From the human T2T-CHM13v2.0 reference genome, Homo sapiens, in NCBI GenBank assembly GCA_009914755.4, contig CP068257.2, positions 13,856,001 to 13,920,000 of the forward strand: 64,000 bases of DNA. The letters are read 5' to 3'. Both the position numbers and the translations under genes were made by a program. The notes under the pieces are model-generated. The model searched no databases and had not been told where the DNA came from. It worked only from the letters and a program-made list of their open reading frames with translations. How positions within the stretch are numbered: position 1 is the stretch's first letter; each line of letters opens with the position of its first letter. Shown in pieces: positions 57,899 through 64,000 of the stretch.

Positions 57899-60440
57899 GG
57901 ATGCCACTTCACTAATAAACTATTGTTTGTTTTTCTCTTGTTAATCTGTTTTTGGACAGTCTAATTTATAGAGCCCCAGCTGAAGAATCTAAGATGGATA
58001 GAGAAAACGATTTTTTCCTCACCTACATCTGTAATTATATTAGTTTGAGGGTAAATATGAAGCAATAATGATCACTACTTGGTAATCTCCTTTACCAATC
58101 CTCTGTAATTTGGTAAATTATAAAGCAAAGTTATAGCCAATTCTCATGATTCAGGCTTCTTTTTATAGCATTATGTCTAATATATCTGATTCATGTCTAT
58201 TGTTTTAGTAATAACATGCCAACCTCATGGAAACCAAAAAGTATCTCAGACAGCTCTCAATCAATTTAGAAAGCTTATTTTGCCAAGGTTAAGGATGCAC
58301 GCCTGAAAGGCAGGTCTGTGCCTTTCTCCAAAGATGGTTTTGAGGGCTTCAATGTTTAAAGGTGAAAGAGTGGGTATTTGGGAAAGAGAAAGAAATTTTC
58401 AAAAGGTGTGGGTAGACAAATGGTTGCATTCTTTTGAATCTTTGATCAGCCTTTCACTGAATACACAATTTACATGTCGGTGGTGTGGAGGAATAGACAC
58501 TTATGCTGTCATCTGGCTCACTGAATCAGCATTTTTACATCAGAGGAAACAATCAGATATGTGTTTGTCTCAAGTGATCAGAGGGATGACTTAGAGTTCT
58601 GTCCTTTGTCCTGCACCTGTAAAGATAAGCTGTCTATTTCACTGTCAGAGTAAAATTCAACAGAACTGTCATAGGGTGAAGATCTTGAAGTCCACAAGGA
58701 ATTTCCTAGTGGGCAAATTGTGAGGGAGGTATATACTTTGTATTTTTGTAGCTATCTTATTTAGGAATAAAATGGGAGGTAGGTTTGCCTGATGTGATTC
58801 CCAGCTTGACTTTTCTGTTTGGCTTAGTGATTTGGGGGTCCCGTATTTTCCTTTCACACTCACAGTAAAATTTTAATACCCTCAAAATCTGCAGGACAAA
58901 ACTCACACATAAAGCTCCTTGAGAAGTTACTAGAGGTTAAATGGGTCCGAAGGGCTCTTTCCATTCTAGGAGAAGGATCATGATACTATGATAAGGTCAC
59001 TAATATCAGCATCATTTATTTATTTAACAAATAATATTGAGTACCTGTGGTGGATTTATATCATGTCAACTTAGCTAAGGTGTAACCACAGTTTTCAGAC
59101 TTCCCTTCACTGCATAATTCCAAGTTAGTATGGGCCACAAATGACATTTGCAAAAACTGAGAAGTAGAAGTGAAACAGCAGCCTTAAAAAATAAAACTAA
59201 TAGTTGGAAGATTTGCTCAGGTCCACTAGGCACCACTGCAACTCATGTACGTTGCGCCCATCTGCTGGCTTGCCTTGAAGATGTAGGAGCCAAAGGGAAA
59301 TGACCTATTTGCACTTTGAAGTTTCACTGAAAATCAACTGACAAAGGCAAAACAATAGCAGAGAAGGCTTGCACAATTTTATTTTAACATGCATAGCACA
59401 GGTGATTCTCAGGAGAATGATTACCCAATAACCCAATGAGGTACAGAAGCTTATATCCTTTTTCACAGGGGAGAGGGGAGAATGGGGAATGTGGACAATG
59501 CTTCTCAGAGACAGCAAATGATTCTTAAGGAGAAGAAATGGACAGAAATTAACTTGTAAATGATTGTCTTTGGAATTCGAATGAGCCAGAAAAGCAGGCA
59601 TTCTCTTGTGAAAAATCCATTCTAGTTGCATTCCTCAGTCTTCTTTTCTGAAAGAGACAGGGGGACTTCAGGGAGAGGAAGAAGGCAATCTTGTTCATTT
59701 TGGAAATAAGATTTCATGGTGAAATAAGAAAATCCCAGAAAATCCCAGAGAATCCCTTCTTGTGCTTGGGCACGAAGCGGGGTTGGGGGAAGAAGACAAT
59801 ATTAGAGGGACCTGGATTCTGAGGCAGCTTCTAAGGCCTCTCAGCATGTCAAAGTGCCAATCTTTGCAGTTTTATTTTCCAAGCCCCAATAATAGCATAG
59901 GGCAGATCCCACTCCTAGTTTTTCTGCTCCTATCGGACACCCCGTCAACTCTCTGACAAGCTTCTTCAACTCCCTGTTCAGGTGAATATTTAGTTCCATG
60001 ACAAAGGGCTCAAACTTTGATTGAAGGTCACCCCTTCAGCATTGAAACTGGAGGTTTGGAAAGACTGACAGAGTTCTAACTCATCCATTGGAGTTCCAGC
60101 TCATTCTCGTGGGTTCCAATTTCTCCTTGCTCTTCACCACTTTGCCTTTGTCTTTTCTTCACAGGTGGCTGCCTTCCTGATTCAGACTTCAGAATCAGGC
60201 ACAAAGACAATAGACTCTGTTAGACCATTTAAGCAACTTCCAAAATTACATAAGGCCAGTTGGAATTTTTTCTTATAAAAGGCAAACCAAAACCAAAACC
60301 ACATTTTTCTCTCTACTCTCACTCTTAACACAGAATGCCTCTGTGACCAAACGCGTGGGTTTTTTTTCCCCTCAACACATCAAGCAATTCTTTAGCAGAC
60401 ACCAGTTGGGTGTCCTATAACTCAAATCAATTCTGACACT

Positions 60441-60510
60441 GTGTGATCCCACAGGTTAAGAGTCAGATCCCACAGGTTAAGAGCTCAATCCCACAAAACT
60501 GCCGCCCTAC
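60441..60510 (+). repeat. Short tandem repeat, 18-bp unit x about 2.5
   Basis: gtgtgatcccacaggttaagagtcagatcccacaggttaagagctcaatcccacaaaactgcc. Confidence 0.6.
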
Positions 60511-61254
60511 CTTAAGATGCCAATTGCAAGGCCCAGGTTGTGACCTGTAATCCTGATCAATGGCTATAGCAACTGGGATTCCCACAGTCTGCCTCCTTGT
60601 GTTCCATAATTTGCTAAGACAGCTCACAGAACTGAGTGAAAGACTTTACTTACATTTACTGGTTTGTTTTAAAGGATATACAGGATATGGATGAACAGCT
60701 AGATTTAAGAGATGGCTACAAGTCTGGGGTAGGGGATGTCACAGTTTTCATCTTTCTCTCGGTTTGCCACCCTCTCAGCACCTCCACATGTTCAATAACC
60801 AGGAAGCTCATTAAATCTCGTCGTTCAAGAGTTTTTATAGGCTATAATCTCCAGCACCTTCCATCAGGTCAATGGGTGGGGTTGAAAGTTCCAACCCTTT
60901 AATTCTTTAATCCCTTGGTCTTTCTGATAACTGGCAGCATCTTGAGGCTATCCAGGGGCTCTATCCTAAATTGAGATATTAGGATAAATACAGGTGTGAT
61001 CAAAGGGGGTCCATGAATAACAAAAGACACTCTAATTACCCAGGAAATTCCAATGGTTTTAGGAACTAGGTGACAGTAACTGGGTACACAGATCAAATGT
61101 ATTTCATTCTTAAGGGCTCTGTTTTGTCATACTGAACCTTGACTCATACAATGCCCACCATGTACCTAGCACTGATCGTATGGATATAAAATAAAAATTA
61201 ATTTTATATTCTGATCATACAGATATAAAAATTAAGCCAATCTAGTGAAGAAGT

Positions 61255-62015
61255 CTGTGTTAGTTTGTTAGGGCTGCCATAATAAAATATCACAAACTGG
61301 GTGGCTTAAACAACAGAAATTTATTTTCTCACTGCTCTGGAGGCTGGAAGTCCAAGCTCGCGGTATCAACATGTTTAGCTTCTCCTGAGGCCTCTTTCCT
61401 TGGCTTGCAGATGCTTGTATTCTTTCCGCGCCCTCACACAGCCTTTTCTCTGTGTGCGTTCCTGGTGTCTTTTCCTCTTTTTATAAGGACACTAGTCCTA
61501 TTGCATTAGGGACTCACGTTTTCTACAGCAGATACACGTGTCGGCAATAACTTAAGCATATGCTGAGAATGACCCTGTAGTCTAAGAAGAATGTGTGTTC
61601 AGAGTTCTGAAACCCTGGCCTTTCCCTTAGAACACAGGCTGTCCAGCGGATTGAGGCCCTTTGTTTTGGGTTAAATAGTGATTGCTAGATGGATGGTACT
61701 GTGTGAAAATACTGTATGAACTGCATGCTTTTTACAAATGGTAGCACTTCTCCTGTTCAGCTCGCTGCCACTGGACTGTCCCTGAAAGCAAGTTCCCCCA
61801 AAGAACCCTGTGTCTTATTCCTTGTCTCCAGGTCTCTTCTTCAGCCTCTCAGACACAGTGCCATCCCTATTGGAGTAAATAGGGGTTCAGGATGACACCT
61901 TTATGACCTCGTTTAATCTTTATTACCTCTTTAAGGAACCTATTTCCAATATAGTCACATCTGAGGGTTAGGGCTTCAACATATGAGTTTGAGCCGGACA
62001 CAATTCTTTCCATGA
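61255..62015 (+). mobile_element. MaLR-type LTR (same family as 1632-1985) with an internal insertion/expansion
   Basis: tgtgttagtttgttagggctgccataataaaatatcacaaactgggtggcttaaacaacagaaatttattttctcactgctctggaggctggaagtccaagctcgcggtatcaacatgtttagcttctcctgaggcctctttccttggcttgcagatgcttg...tttttataaggacactagtcctattgcattaggg ... ttattacctctttaaggaacctatttccaatatagtcacatctgagggttagggcttcaacatatgagtttgagccggacacaattc. Confidence 0.45.
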
Positions 62016-64000
62016 CAAAGGCAAGTAAATAGGAAAGTATAATTGCACCTGAAATATGCTAGATGCAATTATAAAATGTCATGGAAATCCATACAAAAGA
62101 AATATAACACAGTTCTGGAAATGTAAATTCAGAGATAGAGTGATTATATAATGTATTATTCAAATAGGGACACTTGTAAGAGTGAAAAGGTGTATTAAAA
62201 AGAATTTAAAGGCACTAATTATTTTTAAGCAGGCATAATCTAGAACTTTCCCAGGAAAAGTAGGAGACATATGCACCCTATTCAAAGAAGACCTAATGGA
62301 AGAAATACCATCTAAACTGAGACCTAAAGGAGGAAGGGAAGTTGAGACAAAGGTGAGAAAGAAGGGAGTGTACTCCAGGTGAGCAGGCAGAAAGAACATA
62401 GTCAGCAGAAAACAATAAGCTGGAGAAACAGTGTGCCATGTTTGGAAAACTGCAAGAGATTTCACATGGCTGAAATTATGGGGGCAGAAGGTGTCAGGCA
62501 AGAAGCAAGGCTAAGCAAGATTTAGAGGATAACAGAATTCCTTAAAGAGTTTGGACTTGGTCTGTAGCAGGTGTGGGCCATTAGAGTTTCAGTCATGGAA
62601 GCAGCATTGTTTAATTCACATTTTTTAAAGATCTCTCAGATTCGATCAAGACAGCAGACTCCGTCAATTCCTGACTCTTACCAAATACCTCTTTTCCCCC
62701 AGGGACAAAGAGCATCATCCAAAAGGCCAAATAAATAACAGCCATGGGAAACAATAAGGAATTCAGAAATGGAAGATTTGCATAAAAACAGAAATTAAAC
62801 AGTATCAGATAGACAAAGAAGCCACAGGCCAGTGTATGAACAAGAGAGAAAAAGAGGTAAGAGAGAACCTTTTACCTCTTTTCATAAGGGTGTCCCAACC
62901 TTATGTGGAAGAGATACAGGACAAACATCAGTGCAGAACACTGAGGAACTCTATTTAGAGCAGCTGAGCAGGTCGGCCTCTACTCCTAATCTCCTCACTC
63001 CCAGATCTGAGGGGACTAAAGAGTCAGCTTCCAAGGGCTCTCGTTAAAGATGGGCAATTTGAGTGTCAATAATGATAACTACAATAGATTGAAGTGCATC
63101 ACATAAGCTTCCGTCTATAATGATACTTTGATAACACAAATTAGCTGCCACCAAAGGATACCAATAAATTGTTTTAAAACTGTTAAATAAAGGGAAAGAT
63201 TCAAGCATTTATCTTGCTTTTTCTATATGAACTGTACCAAAGGGTAAACAATACTAGATGGGATGTTTCTCTTTATAGAAATACTTCAGCTAATAAATGA
63301 GGAAGGAATAATTTAATTAGTACATAACCATTTTACAACTATAAATGAGGTAACGGAGTAGGTATTGATAAGCAATAGCTGCTAAAACCATGAAAGTAAA
63401 CCCAATGGACATTATGTGCCTCTGAATAGGAGAACATAATATTACCTACGAATTAATTTTGCTAAAAGAAAAAGTTAAACCTGAATCTAATTAAACATCT
63501 AATCAAACCTTCAGACCAATTACTAATGTGCAGGAAATTTAGAATGATAGAGGTTACAGTCAGAAAATCAACAAGACAAATGACCTATTTTTCTTAACAA
63601 ACAAATTACAAAAATAAAAAAGAAATGGAGAAAGACTACAGATTAGAAGAGTAATCAGAGACATGCCTATCAATCACAATGTGTGGACCTTATTTATACC
63701 TTGATTTAAAAAAATCAACTGTACACCAAAATTGCGATATTTATGTCACAGTTGCACACCTAGATACTGACTCAATATATGATGACTGAATAGTTTGAGT
63801 TTGGAATAAATGAGGAGACGAGGCAGTTGCATACATAAATCCAAAGCTCTTGACAGACATCTGAACTGGGGAAACATATGTAGAAGTCGGAATCAACTAT
63901 GAATTCTTGCTGAACACACATGAGCTGATGAGCTACAAAGCTGTGTTTGAAGCTGGGGTTATCAACTTCTGCACTACTGAGGTTTGGGGCCAGCCAATTC

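Overview
This window is AT-rich, CpG-depleted primate (human-type) genomic DNA, and at least about 40% of it is interspersed repeats. No bacterial or phage-like gene system, CRISPR array, tRNA or rRNA is present, and I could not support any protein-coding exon. Almost all ORFs in the supplied track lie inside Alu, L1 or LTR copies, or are short AT-rich noise. The only long ORFs (53640-54563 and 54560-56128) are the two halves of an L1 ORF2 reverse transcriptase/endonuclease remnant, split by one frameshift. Recognisable repeats are: Alu SINEs (five copies, two with clear target-site duplications); several L1 fragments of different ages; ERVL-MaLR-type solo LTRs (THE1/MST-like and MLT-like); other probable ERV LTRs with TATA and polyA-signal architecture; and microsatellites and tandem duplications. 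Three L1 elements are the most informative. One is a young L1PA insertion with a 17-bp target-site duplication and a 5' inversion. One is an old L1M on the minus strand, later hit by a MaLR LTR and an Alu. One is an old L1M on the plus strand, hit twice by MaLR LTRs. Long repeat-free stretches (about 9.7-17.4 kb, 35.3-40.1 kb and 56.4-61.2 kb) carry small islands where CpGs survive in an AT-rich background, with clustered TAATTA homeodomain-type motifs or an inverted CCAAT box. I flag these as candidate conserved non-coding or regulatory elements. They are the only places where something beyond neutral repeat DNA may be going on. The locus looks like an intergenic or gene-desert region, or a deep intron. 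The specific gene or locus cannot be named from sequence alone. All subfamily names are from memory of consensus sequences and should be checked with RepeatMasker/Dfam.
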